Source: Vicinamibacterales bacterium (lineage in GTDB: Bacteria; Acidobacteriota; Vicinamibacteria; Vicinamibacterales; 2-12-FULL-66-21). From it: a DNA stretch of 64,000 nt. Positions 17,650 to 26,128 of the stretch are shown one piece after another; the stretch's first letter is position 1; every line of letters begins with the position of its first letter. The notes beneath the pieces were generated by a model. That model searched no databases. It was not told where the DNA came from and saw only the letters and a program-made list of their open reading frames with translations. The position numbers and the translations under genes are program-made. Location: positions 4,846-68,845 of the forward strand of contig DATAFJ010000169.1 in assembly GCA_036257535.1 (NCBI GenBank), in the 5' to 3' direction.

Positions 17650-18726
17650 ATGAAGCGGATGGTCGCGGGTGCGGCGGCTCTCGCATGTTTTCTCACGGCC
17701 CAGCCCATTCCGGCCCAGGCGTGCACGACGTTCTGCGTCAAGGCCGGCGACTCGGTGCTGTTCGGTCGCAACTACGACTTCGAGATCGGCGGGGGCGCCC
17801 TCTTCGTCAACACCCGCGGCCTGAAGAAGCGGGGCTTCGCGCCCAACGGACCCGAGTGGGCTGCCGCGTACGGCAGCGTGACCTTCAACCAGTTCGGCCG
17901 CGACTTTCCGATGGGCGGCATGAACGAGAAGGGCCTCGTCGTCGAGCTGGCCTGGCTCGACGTGACAGAGTACCCCGCGCCGGACAACCGCGCCGAGCTC
18001 GGCGTGCTGGAATGGATTCAGTATCAGCTCGACACGGCCGCGACCGTCGCCGACGTCGTCAAGAGCAACGCCGCCGTTCGCATCTCCGGCGTCGCGCCGC
18101 TCCACTACCTGGTGAGCGACCCGACCGGAGCCGCCGCGACGATCGAGTTTCTCGGTGGGCGACTGGTTGTACACACAAACGAGTCACTGCCTGTGACCGT
18201 GCTCGCGAATACGAGCTACGAAGACTCGCTTCGCTTCTGGCGCCGGAAGGGAGAATCCAGCCTGCCGCGCGGATCCGGATCTGAGGCGCGCTTTGCGCGC
18301 ACCGCAACGCAACTTGGAACGATGACCGGAGTCTCCGGGCGGCAGGCGATCGACCGTGCGTTCTCAATCCTCGGCAACGTAGCTCAACGCTCGACGCGAT
18401 GGTCCATCGTGTACGATCAGACCGCGCAGATCGTGTACTTCCGCACGGACACGCATCACGATGTACGCCTCCTGCAGACGTCCGCGCTGAATTTCTCGTG
18501 CAGCGGACCCGTGCGGCTCGTCGACCTCGACCTGAAGGCAGGCGGCGACATCTCGGCTCACCTTGTTCCATACTCGGCGGAGGCCAACCAGCTGCTCGTC
18601 AACAAGAACTATCGAGCGAGCTCGGTGACGCGCCGTACTCCGCCGTCCGAGATCCAGGCCATTGCCGATCATCCGGCATTGGCAACCTGTTCATCAAAAG
18701 AATCCGCGCCAGATCGCGTCGATTGA
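17650..18726 (+). CDS. Linear amide C-N hydrolase, choloylglycine hydrolase/penicillin V acylase (Ntn) family
   Basis: The signal peptide ends ...PAQA followed by CTTFCV, the N-terminal Cys nucleophile exposed after cleavage. Then RNYDF and typical family size. Confidence 0.75.
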   Translation: MKRMVAGAAALACFLTAQPIPAQACTTFCVKAGDSVLFGRNYDFEIGGGALFVNTRGLKKRGFAPNGPEWAAAYGSVTFNQFGRDFPMGGMNEKGLVVELAWLDVTEYPAPDNRAELGVLEWIQYQLDTAATVADVVKSNAAVRISGVAPLHYLVSDPTGAAATIEFLGGRLVVHTNESLPVTVLANTSYEDSLRFWRRKGESSLPRGSGSEARFARTATQLGTMTGVSGRQAIDRAFSILGNVAQRSTRWSIVYDQTAQIVYFRTDTHHDVRLLQTSALNFSCSGPVRLVDLDLKAGGDISAHLVPYSAEANQLLVNKNYRASSVTRRTPPSEIQAIADHPALATCSSKESAPDRVD

Positions 18727-19656
18727 CGCGTGGACGAGCGCCGCGGCCATCAGGCCGCCGCTCTGCAAGTACGCCCGGCCGTAGAAGAAACCCGCGATCG
18801 TAGCGAGCAGGACGTAGCGCCAGTCAGGATGCGCACCGTTGTTCAGATGTGCGAGACCGAACACGACGGACGTGACGACGAGCGCACGGCCGGAATGGCC
18901 CCAGGTCTTCTGCAGAAAGTTCTGAATCAGGCCGCGGAAGAGCAGCTCCTCGGGAACCGCAATCGTGAGGAAGATCGCGAGAAATGAAAAAGCAAAGCTC
19001 GCGGCGCCGGTATCCGGATTGAACCGGACGAAACCTGTCGCGAGACCGAGCGGGATCACGAATGCGAGGCAGATCGCGAGGTTGATCGCGTAGGCCGACA
19101 GGTCGCTCCAGCCCAGCCGAAATCGATACCCGACTCCACCGAGTCGCCGGAAGGCGACGAAAAGCAGCAGCGCCAGATCGACGGCAAGGACGACGTTCAG
19201 CGTGTACGCCGCGCCTCCCTCCGGCCACGACCAGACGTCGCGGAACAGACGAAAGTCGAGCGGCAGCCACAGCGCGAGAATCGCGAGCGCGTCGGCCCAG
19301 GTCAGGCGCGACTTGAACGCGAGCAGGAGTGCCGGCCCGAGGACGAACACCGTCAGCTTCAGCGCAGCGTAGGTCGTGAAAGCTCCTGTCCCAAAAGCGT
19401 AGATGGCGTAAGGAACGAGCAAGAGCGCCGCTGCTCCGAGGAGTCGGCCGGGACGACGATCGAGCCAGGCCCCGAGCCGCTCGAAAAAGTCAGAGAGCCC
19501 CCCAAGAAAGTACGGGATGAGAAGGAGGAACAGCGTGAAGACAGTGGCCGCGAAAGGCAGGCCGCCATGGCCGCGTTCGAGGAGCAGCCGGCCGGCCGCG
19601 AGAGCAGTGCCGGCGGCAAGCGCAACGCTGACTAACGATCGGGTCGGAAACGCCAA
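18694..19656 (-). CDS. CPBP family intramembrane glutamic endopeptidase (CAAX protease-like)
   Basis: Polytopic membrane protein with EELLFRGLIQ and FGLAHLNN motifs. Its 3' end overlaps the convergent gene by 33 nt. Confidence 0.8.
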   Translation of the reverse strand: MAFPTRSLVSVALAAGTALAAGRLLLERGHGGLPFAATVFTLFLLLIPYFLGGLSDFFERLGAWLDRRPGRLLGAAALLLVPYAIYAFGTGAFTTYAALKLTVFVLGPALLLAFKSRLTWADALAILALWLPLDFRLFRDVWSWPEGGAAYTLNVVLAVDLALLLFVAFRRLGGVGYRFRLGWSDLSAYAINLAICLAFVIPLGLATGFVRFNPDTGAASFAFSFLAIFLTIAVPEELLFRGLIQNFLQKTWGHSGRALVVTSVVFGLAHLNNGAHPDWRYVLLATIAGFFYGRAYLQSGGLMAAALVHASIDAIWRGFF

Positions 19657-19682
19657 GCCCGGATCTTACTATCGGGGTACTA

Positions 19683-20906
19683 TCAGGCCGTCGGACGTGC
19701 CGCCCCCATGAGGCGCTCGAGATTCTCGGCGTTGAAGAACGCCTCCTTCGGGACGAGACCCTGGCGCGCCCGGAAGAACTGATTCGTGGCCTCCTGGTTT
19801 CCCCGCAGCGCCGCACGCAGCCGATAAACCTCCTCCGGCAATGGAAGGAACCGTGCCGCCGCCAAATTCTCGTGGAAGTCGGGCGTCGTCGCCTCGTTGC
19901 GGCGCGACTCGTACTCTGAGAGGCCGCCGTACAGCGGCCGTCGATATGTGAAGCAGGCGTCGAGCGCCGTGGTCAGAAGCTCCGCGTCGCGGAAGGCGTC
20001 GCAGATCCCGAGCGCCAGAAACGGATCCTTGTGAACGCCTGCATCGCCAACGAGGGCCCAGCCGAGTCCGTACGGCTTGCGGAAGAAGTTGGGAAGGTCG
20101 GCGCACCCGGCGAACCGTTCCTCTCGATGTCCATTCCGCACGCGCTCCGACAGGTCCGGAATGGCATCGATGACCGACATGAAATGGAGTTCGATGCTCG
20201 CCCTCACCGCGTGGAAGCACTGAATGCGCCAAGCGACGAAGATCCCGAAGAGCCCGTCGTTCGTCGGGAAACAAAAGACCGCGTTGTTTGGCCTGACATA
20301 CACGCTCAACCCACGATCGGGAACGCCACTCCAGTACGACCAGTACCAGCAGGTGACCGGGGGGACAGCGTGGTATTCCGGCGCGCCGACGAAGTCGGCA
20401 AGCTGCGAGTGACGGCCGTCGGCGCCGATGACGATCGCGGCCCGTTCGCTGACGACGGCGCCGTCTGCCCGTGCCCGGCCGCGAATGCCGGTGACGCGAT
20501 CGCCATCTGTCGTGAAGCCATCAACGCTGAAGGACGTTCTGATTTCGACGCCCGCTTCGACGGCCGCATCGACGAGCACCTCGTCTAGAACTGATCAGCG
20601 CGGGCCGTACCCGAGCGCCACGCCGTCCACGCAGAGCTCTTCACCTGCCAGCGGAAAATCGCCCGCATCCCACGTCATGGTGGTCACGGCGGGACAGTTG
20701 GTCGACGCGACGCGGTCCAGCAGTCCCCAGCGCGCCAGATAGCGCGGCCCGAGCCGATGAATGTAATGGCCGTGCGGGATATCGCTTGGAAACGTCGCAC
20801 GGTCCACGAGGAGTACTCTGTAGCCCTTGCGAGCGAGCAGCATCGCGGTCGGCGCGCCGGCGCAGCGCGCACCGATGACGATCGCGTCGTAACTGTTCCG
20901 CGTCAT
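19683..20906 (-). pseudogene. FAD-dependent oxidoreductase/monooxygenase interrupted by an in-frame TGA
   Basis: The N-part has DAIVIGARCAGAPTAMLLARKGYRVLLVD (GxGxxG) and ends ...LGYGPR-TGA. The same frame continues SVLDEVLVDAAVEAGVEIR...IGADGRHS. The whole span is 1224 nt (408 codons) in one frame. Confidence 0.75.
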
Positions 20907-20922
20907 GGCTGGCCCTCCAGCA

Positions 20923-20987
20923 GAAAAGGGGACGGTCACCTTTTTCAGCATTCAGAAATCTCGAGAAAGGTGACAGTCCCCTTTTTC
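20923..20987. repeat. Palindromic element GAAAAGGGGACGGTCACCTTTTTC / GAGAAAGGTGACAGTCCCCTTTTTC (bidirectional terminator-like)
   Basis: Inverted arms read directly with a 16-nt loop. The core GGGGACNGTCACCTTT is shared with the element at 45951..46020. Confidence 0.85.
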
Positions 20988-20988
20988 C

Positions 20989-21816
20989 TCAGTGCTGCGG
21001 CCTCGGCTCTCCGTACAGGAAGTCGTCCATCATGACGATGTCGCGCCGGCGGGTGTCGTTGCGTCCAGGCGCCTTGTTGCCGGTCGTGATCTTCACGCGC
21101 GCGATCTTCGCGTCTTTGAAAACGATGCCGAAGAACGACAGGCTCGCATCGCCGGGCGACGCGGGGACGATGCCGCGGTAGATGACGTCGTAGTTCTCAT
21201 CGACGTACTCGATGACCGTGGCGTCGCGCTCACGATGCCAGCTGCGCTTGTCATCCTCCTGCTCGTCAACGTCGGAGAAGACGGCGCCGAACCCGGTGGT
21301 CCGCGCCGGGACGTTCGTTCCGCCCGGCACGAAGAACTCGACCTCGGTCTCGTTGCTGCCGACCGGGCTGAAGAACCGCACAGGGCTGAACGGCTGGAAG
21401 ATCGTCGCGTAGGTCGGATTGCCGAACGTCGACACGAGGCCGTCGAGAGGCGCCTGCACGAAGCCGGATCCGGGCGTCGTGATGTTGGCGCCGCGGCTGT
21501 TGAGAAATACGGTGAAGGGGGTAGGGCCGGGCGACGTGGCGGTCGAGCCGCCGCCGTCCCAGTTGATCTCGCGCCGGCCTTCGGCGAGCGGCCCGGGCGC
21601 GTTGCCGTTGTTGACCGCGCCGAGCGCGGCTCGGTACTGGTCGACCGTGGACTGAATGGACGCCGGATTCGGGCCGGCTGCCTGGAAGACGACGGGTCGA
21701 ACGAACCGCTTGAAATCGTGGCCCTGCAAGTCGGCCGTGCCGAGAAGGGCGGCCGAGGTCACGAACACTGCAGCAACCACACCATCGAGAACTGTGAACG
21801 AACGCTGCTTCCTCAC
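20989..21816 (-). CDS. Secreted hypothetical protein
   Basis: A GTG start gives VRKQRSFTVLDGVVAAVFVTSAALLG, which looks like a signal anchor. The ORF could extend to the TTG at 21879. No recognised family. Confidence 0.55.
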   Translation of the reverse strand: MRKQRSFTVLDGVVAAVFVTSAALLGTADLQGHDFKRFVRPVVFQAAGPNPASIQSTVDQYRAALGAVNNGNAPGPLAEGRREINWDGGGSTATSPGPTPFTVFLNSRGANITTPGSGFVQAPLDGLVSTFGNPTYATIFQPFSPVRFFSPVGSNETEVEFFVPGGTNVPARTTGFGAVFSDVDEQEDDKRSWHRERDATVIEYVDENYDVIYRGIVPASPGDASLSFFGIVFKDAKIARVKITTGNKAPGRNDTRRRDIVMMDDFLYGEPRPQH

Positions 21817-21931
21817 TGTTACTTCTGCCTTTCGCGAGAGCGGATTGTTTTCCCGGGGGGCAAACCCGGACTCTAACAATCCGCCGCCGATCGAATCATT
21901 CGGAAGGCGTTAGAAACGCGTGAGGAATCGG

Positions 21932-23635
21932 TTACCGGACGGCGAAGAGGGGCCGCGCCTTGTCGCCTGACACGAGCGCGTGCCGGCCGCGGTCGCTGAA
22001 CTGCAGCTTCGATCCGGCGACAAGGTCCACCACTGTACGGGAGACCAGGACCTCTCCCTGGCGCGCGAGCGCGGCGATGCGCTGAGCGGCTTCGGCTACC
22101 GGTCCTTCGCCGGCGCCGCGCAGCCGATCGCACTCGCCGGTGTGGAGGCCGAGGCCGAGCGTCACGCCGAGGCGAGCTCCTTCGTCCGCGATGCGGCGGC
22201 CGCATCGGATCGCCCGTGCCGGACCGTCGAACGCGGCGAACACGCGGCCGCCCGACTGTTCGACGTCGCGCCCGTTGAAGAGCTGCGCCTCAGCGGACAC
22301 GAGCGCCTGCACGCGCTCGATGTCGGATGCCGCGGCGGCAGACTCCGCGTCACCGATCGCCGTACAGAGAATCGTGGCCAGCACCTGGCTCGATTCGCCG
22401 CGCGCGAGCGTGCCGGAGAGAAACCGCTCGATCTCGTCGAGGAGCACGTCCTGATCGCCGACGAAGGGCAGATGGTCGTCGCCGGGGAGCTCAACGAATT
22501 GGGCGCTCGGGATCTGGCTCGCGACGTAGCGACCCTCTTCGACGAGAAGGCAGCGGTCGCCGGTGCGGTGCAGGACGAGCGTCGGAACCTGGATCGTCGG
22601 CAGCACGTGGCGCACGTCGATCTGCGCGTTCATCCGCGTGAGCGCCACGGCCGCCGCGGGGCTCGCGCCCATGCGGAGGTACGTCGCCCACCAGTCGCGG
22701 AACGCAGGATCGCCGGCCGCGCTCGGCGCGCGCAGTTCGACGCCGACGGGACCGCCCCAGCGCTCGAGGATCTCGCGGCAGAACGTCTCCCGCTCCTCGT
22801 GTGTCGGCGCCCACGGATAGTCGTCGGCGAACAGCCGGCGCGCGTAGGTACCGATCATGATGAGCGCTTCCGTCTTCTCCGGATACGTAGCGGCAAACAG
22901 GCTGCACATCGGCCCGCCTTCCGACACGCCCAGGAGCACCGCGCGGCGCGAGCCGGCCGCCGTCATCACCGCACGCACGTCGTCCATCCGCTCTTCGAGC
23001 GTCGGCAGTTCGGCGATCCGATCCGACAGGCCCGTGCCGCGCTTGTCGAACAGAATCAGGCGGGAGAAGCCGGCAAGCCGCCGCAGAAACCGCGCGAACG
23101 ACGGCTCGTGCCAGAAGTACTCCAGGTGCGACACCCAGCCCATCACGAACACGAGATCGATCGGCCCTGTGCCGAGCACCTGATACGCGATGTTCACGTC
23201 GCCGCTGTGCGCGTAGTGGACCGGAAGGTGAGCGGCCGTTGACGACGGCTGAGGAACGCCTGGCGCCGGCGCTGACGCCGGAGGCGATTCCAGAACATCG
23301 GCGATGAACCGGTACCCGCGTCGATGTGCCGTCTCGATGATCCGCGGGCTGCGGGCATCGTCTCCGAGGGCCCGGCGGATTTCGCTGACGCAGACTTTCA
23401 GCGCGCCATCGCCGAGAAAGACGCCCGGCCACACGGCGCCGAGCAGTTCGTCCTTACTGATGAGCTGCCCCGGCCGTGAGGCCAGATACTCGAGGACCGC
23501 CAGCGCTTTCGGCGTCAGCGGGATTGGCCCCGATTGTCCGTTCAGGCGACCCGTCGAGAGATCCAGCTGGAAGCGATCGAAGGCAAACCGGCGTTCCAAG
23601 ATGTCCCCGTGTACCCAGGGAGAGCGGCCCCACAA
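21932..23635 (-). CDS. Three-domain regulator: OmpR/CadC-type winged-helix + alpha/beta hydrolase + degenerate class III nucleotidyl cyclase domain
   Basis: N-terminus FDRFQLDLSTGRL...LTPKALAVLEYL...ELLGAVWPG...VCVSEIRRAL...ETAHRRGYRF (trans_reg_C). The middle part has LVFVMGWVSHLE...GVSEGG (hydrolase elbow). The C-terminus VLATILCTAIGDAES...GGRVFAAFDGPARAIRCG...GLHTGEC is cyclase-like. Confidence 0.8.
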   Translation of the reverse strand: MWGRSPWVHGDILERRFAFDRFQLDLSTGRLNGQSGPIPLTPKALAVLEYLASRPGQLISKDELLGAVWPGVFLGDGALKVCVSEIRRALGDDARSPRIIETAHRRGYRFIADVLESPPASAPAPGVPQPSSTAAHLPVHYAHSGDVNIAYQVLGTGPIDLVFVMGWVSHLEYFWHEPSFARFLRRLAGFSRLILFDKRGTGLSDRIAELPTLEERMDDVRAVMTAAGSRRAVLLGVSEGGPMCSLFAATYPEKTEALIMIGTYARRLFADDYPWAPTHEERETFCREILERWGGPVGVELRAPSAAGDPAFRDWWATYLRMGASPAAAVALTRMNAQIDVRHVLPTIQVPTLVLHRTGDRCLLVEEGRYVASQIPSAQFVELPGDDHLPFVGDQDVLLDEIERFLSGTLARGESSQVLATILCTAIGDAESAAAASDIERVQALVSAEAQLFNGRDVEQSGGRVFAAFDGPARAIRCGRRIADEGARLGVTLGLGLHTGECDRLRGAGEGPVAEAAQRIAALARQGEVLVSRTVVDLVAGSKLQFSDRGRHALVSGDKARPLFAVR

Positions 23636-23694
23636 TGGTCGCCCAACTCTAGCGTGTGTGTGAAGACCCTTCGATCAGGTAGCATCGGTGCCAA

Positions 23695-25212
23695 ATGGAC
23701 GAGGTCGATCGGCGCGAATTTCTCAAGCGCACCGGCGCCGCGGCGGCGTTCGGCGCGCTGGCGGGGGAGGACGTGGCGGCATCGGACGCGGATTTGTGCT
23801 TCAGGAGCGCAAGGGAGATCGCCGGGCTCGTTCGCGCGCGCAAGATCTCGGCGCGCGACGTCATGGCGGCGCACCTTGCGCAGATCGTGCGCGTGAACCC
23901 AAAGGTGAACGCGATCGTCGCGAAGCTGCCTGACGAGCGGTGTCTCGCGCTCGCGGACGCCGCCGATCGCCTCGCAGCGAAGGGTGGAGATCAGCCGCCG
24001 CTTTTCGGCCTTCCCATCGCTATCAAGGATCTCCAGCCGGCGGCCGGGTTCCGCTTCACGCGGGGATCGCCGATCTATAAGGATACGGTCGCCGAGGAGG
24101 ACTCGGTGCTCGTCGCGCGCCTGCGGCGCGCAGGCGCCATCGTGATCGGCAAGACGAACACACCCGAGTTCGGCATGGGTTCTCACACCTATAACAAGGT
24201 GTACGGGACCACGTTCAATCCCTACGATCTGACGAAGAGCGCCGGCGGCTCGAGCGGCGGCGCCGGGGCCGCGCTCGCGACGGGCATGCTGCCCATCGCC
24301 GACGGCAGCGACCTCGGCGGATCGCTCCGCAACCCCGCAAACTTCAACAACATCGTCGCGCTGAGGCCCACGGTCGGCCTCGTGCCGAATGCGCCGAGCG
24401 CGTTTCCGTTCCTCGGCTTCAGCGTGAATGGACCGATGGCGCGGTCGGTGGCCGACACGGCCTTCCTGCTCAGCGTCATGGCAGGCGCCGATCCCCGCGA
24501 TCCCGGCTGCTATCCATCGGATCCGTCCTCGTTCGCCAGGCCGCTCGATCGGCGCTTCCAGGGGACGCGCGTCGCCTGGTGTCCCGACCTTGGCGGGCTG
24601 CCGCTCGACTCGCGCGTGCGCGCGGTGCTCGACTCGCAGCGCAAGACGTTCGAGGCGCTCGGTTGCGTCGTCGAAGAGGCGTGTCCCGATCTGACGGGTG
24701 CCGACGACATCTTTCTCACGATCCGCCGCTGGCGGACGGCGGCCGCCCTTGGACCGATCCTCGACACACACCGCGCCGAGTTGAAGCCGGAGGCGGTTGG
24801 AGAAATCGAAGCGGGGCTCGCTGTCACCGCCGCCGACGTGGCGAACGCGCTGATGCGCCATGGAGAGCTGATGGACCGGGTGCGCCGGTTCCAGGAGAAA
24901 CACGAGTTCATTCTCTGTGCGGTCAACCAGGTGCCGCCGTTCGATGCCACGCTCGACTGGCCGAAACAGATCGACGGCGTCAGGATGGATCACTACGTCG
25001 CGTGGATGAAATCGGCGTACTGGATCACGACGACCTTCTGCCCGGCTATTTCTGTGCCGGCGGGCTTCACGCCGGAGGGGCTGCCGGTCGGCATCCAGAT
25101 CGTCGGGCGATATCGAGACGACTTTGCCGTGCTTCAAATCGGGCACGCATACGAGCAGGCCACGAAGTTCGGCAGCAGGCGGCCGGCGATTGCCGGCGCG
25201 CAGTCCGGATGA
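23695..25212 (+). CDS. Amidase (amidase-signature family), Tat-signal
   Basis: Twin-arginine leader MDEVDRREFLKRTGAAAAFGALAG and the AS signature GGSSGGAGAALATG. Confidence 0.9.
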   Translation: MDEVDRREFLKRTGAAAAFGALAGEDVAASDADLCFRSAREIAGLVRARKISARDVMAAHLAQIVRVNPKVNAIVAKLPDERCLALADAADRLAAKGGDQPPLFGLPIAIKDLQPAAGFRFTRGSPIYKDTVAEEDSVLVARLRRAGAIVIGKTNTPEFGMGSHTYNKVYGTTFNPYDLTKSAGGSSGGAGAALATGMLPIADGSDLGGSLRNPANFNNIVALRPTVGLVPNAPSAFPFLGFSVNGPMARSVADTAFLLSVMAGADPRDPGCYPSDPSSFARPLDRRFQGTRVAWCPDLGGLPLDSRVRAVLDSQRKTFEALGCVVEEACPDLTGADDIFLTIRRWRTAAALGPILDTHRAELKPEAVGEIEAGLAVTAADVANALMRHGELMDRVRRFQEKHEFILCAVNQVPPFDATLDWPKQIDGVRMDHYVAWMKSAYWITTTFCPAISVPAGFTPEGLPVGIQIVGRYRDDFAVLQIGHAYEQATKFGSRRPAIAGAQSG

Positions 25213-25925
25213 TTGTCCGCCCGTCGGCGGCGACGCAGCTCCTCATCACGCAACCTGACCATGCGGCGCTGGCAGGCCGCATCATGCGCCAGTGGCGAGC
25301 GGGAGGGTTTCCCGAGGCGCCGCGGCGCGACTGGATCCTGCTCGCCGTCGAAGAACACGACAACGGCTGGCGCGAAGTAGACGCGGCGCCGATCCGGGAC
25401 GAGGCGACGGGGCGTCTCCATGACTTCGTGACGGCGCCGGATGCGATCCGCCGCGGCGTCTGGCCGCGCGCGGTCGAGCGACTCGCCGCCACTCCTTACA
25501 CCGCCGCGCTCGTCGCCCAGCATGCCGCTCACGTTTACGGCCGCTACCGCGGCGATCCGGCCTGGGCGGCGTTCTTCGTCGAGATGGAAGCGTCCCGCGA
25601 TCGCCACCTTCGCGCCGCGGGATCGATCCCCTTCGACGAATTCCTGCGCGAGTACTTCTACGTTCGAATCGGCGATCTGCTGTCGCTGGCCTTCTGTACT
25701 GGATGGTCCGAGGTGCAGGCCGACGTGCCGGGCTACGAGATACGGCTCGACCAGGGTCGCGTGACGATCGCGCCGGACCCGTTCGAGGGCCGCGAGGTTC
25801 GGCTGGAGGTCAAAGCGCGAGAACTGCCGAACCGGCCGTTCGGATCGATATTGGAGGCCGAGGCGGCGTTCGCCGCCGCGCGAAGCGTCATCGTTCGCGG
25901 CGTGGCGGTGGGAACGAACTCCTAA
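25209..25925 (+). CDS. DUF3891-like protein
   Basis: ATGA start/stop overlap with the amidase. LLITQPDHAALAGRIMRQW...EEHDNGWRE resembles DUF3891 as I remember it. Confidence 0.5.
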   Translation: MIVRPSAATQLLITQPDHAALAGRIMRQWRAGGFPEAPRRDWILLAVEEHDNGWREVDAAPIRDEATGRLHDFVTAPDAIRRGVWPRAVERLAATPYTAALVAQHAAHVYGRYRGDPAWAAFFVEMEASRDRHLRAAGSIPFDEFLREYFYVRIGDLLSLAFCTGWSEVQADVPGYEIRLDQGRVTIAPDPFEGREVRLEVKARELPNRPFGSILEAEAAFAAARSVIVRGVAVGTNS

Positions 25926-25945
25926 ACACAGAGCTCAGGTCCGCG

Positions 25946-25966
25946 TAGCCGCGTACTCCGCGGCTA
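25946..25966 (+). terminator. Short GC hairpin after the DUF3891 gene
   Basis: TAGCCGCG-tactc-CGCGGCTA is followed by ATTGTTTCC. The T-tract is weak, so this is only a candidate. Confidence 0.3.
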
Positions 25967-26128
25967 ATTGTTTCCAAATTGTTTCCGCGGCATGGGACGA
26001 AACACGGGACGAGCGACGGAACCGTCCGCGGCCAGCCATGCGCGACCCTGTGATGACCCATGCGCGCTTGTGATAAGTCGCGTACTTGCGGTGACGGATG
26101 TAAGATACGCGCCACCCAGGAGGGGAGA

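Noticed and set aside
20595-20597. Selenocysteine or reassigned TGA in the FAD oxidoreductase
   Set aside because: Many clearly complete genes in the window terminate with TGA, for example at 5224 and 6018. The position corresponds to Arg in my recollection of homologues (CGA to TGA), not Cys. I saw no obvious SECIS-like hairpin immediately downstream.
26000-26128. Riboswitch (for example cobalamin) upstream of the TonB-like receptor
   Set aside because: I could not find the conserved B12-box or any other riboswitch core I recognise. Only an Infernal scan could settle it.
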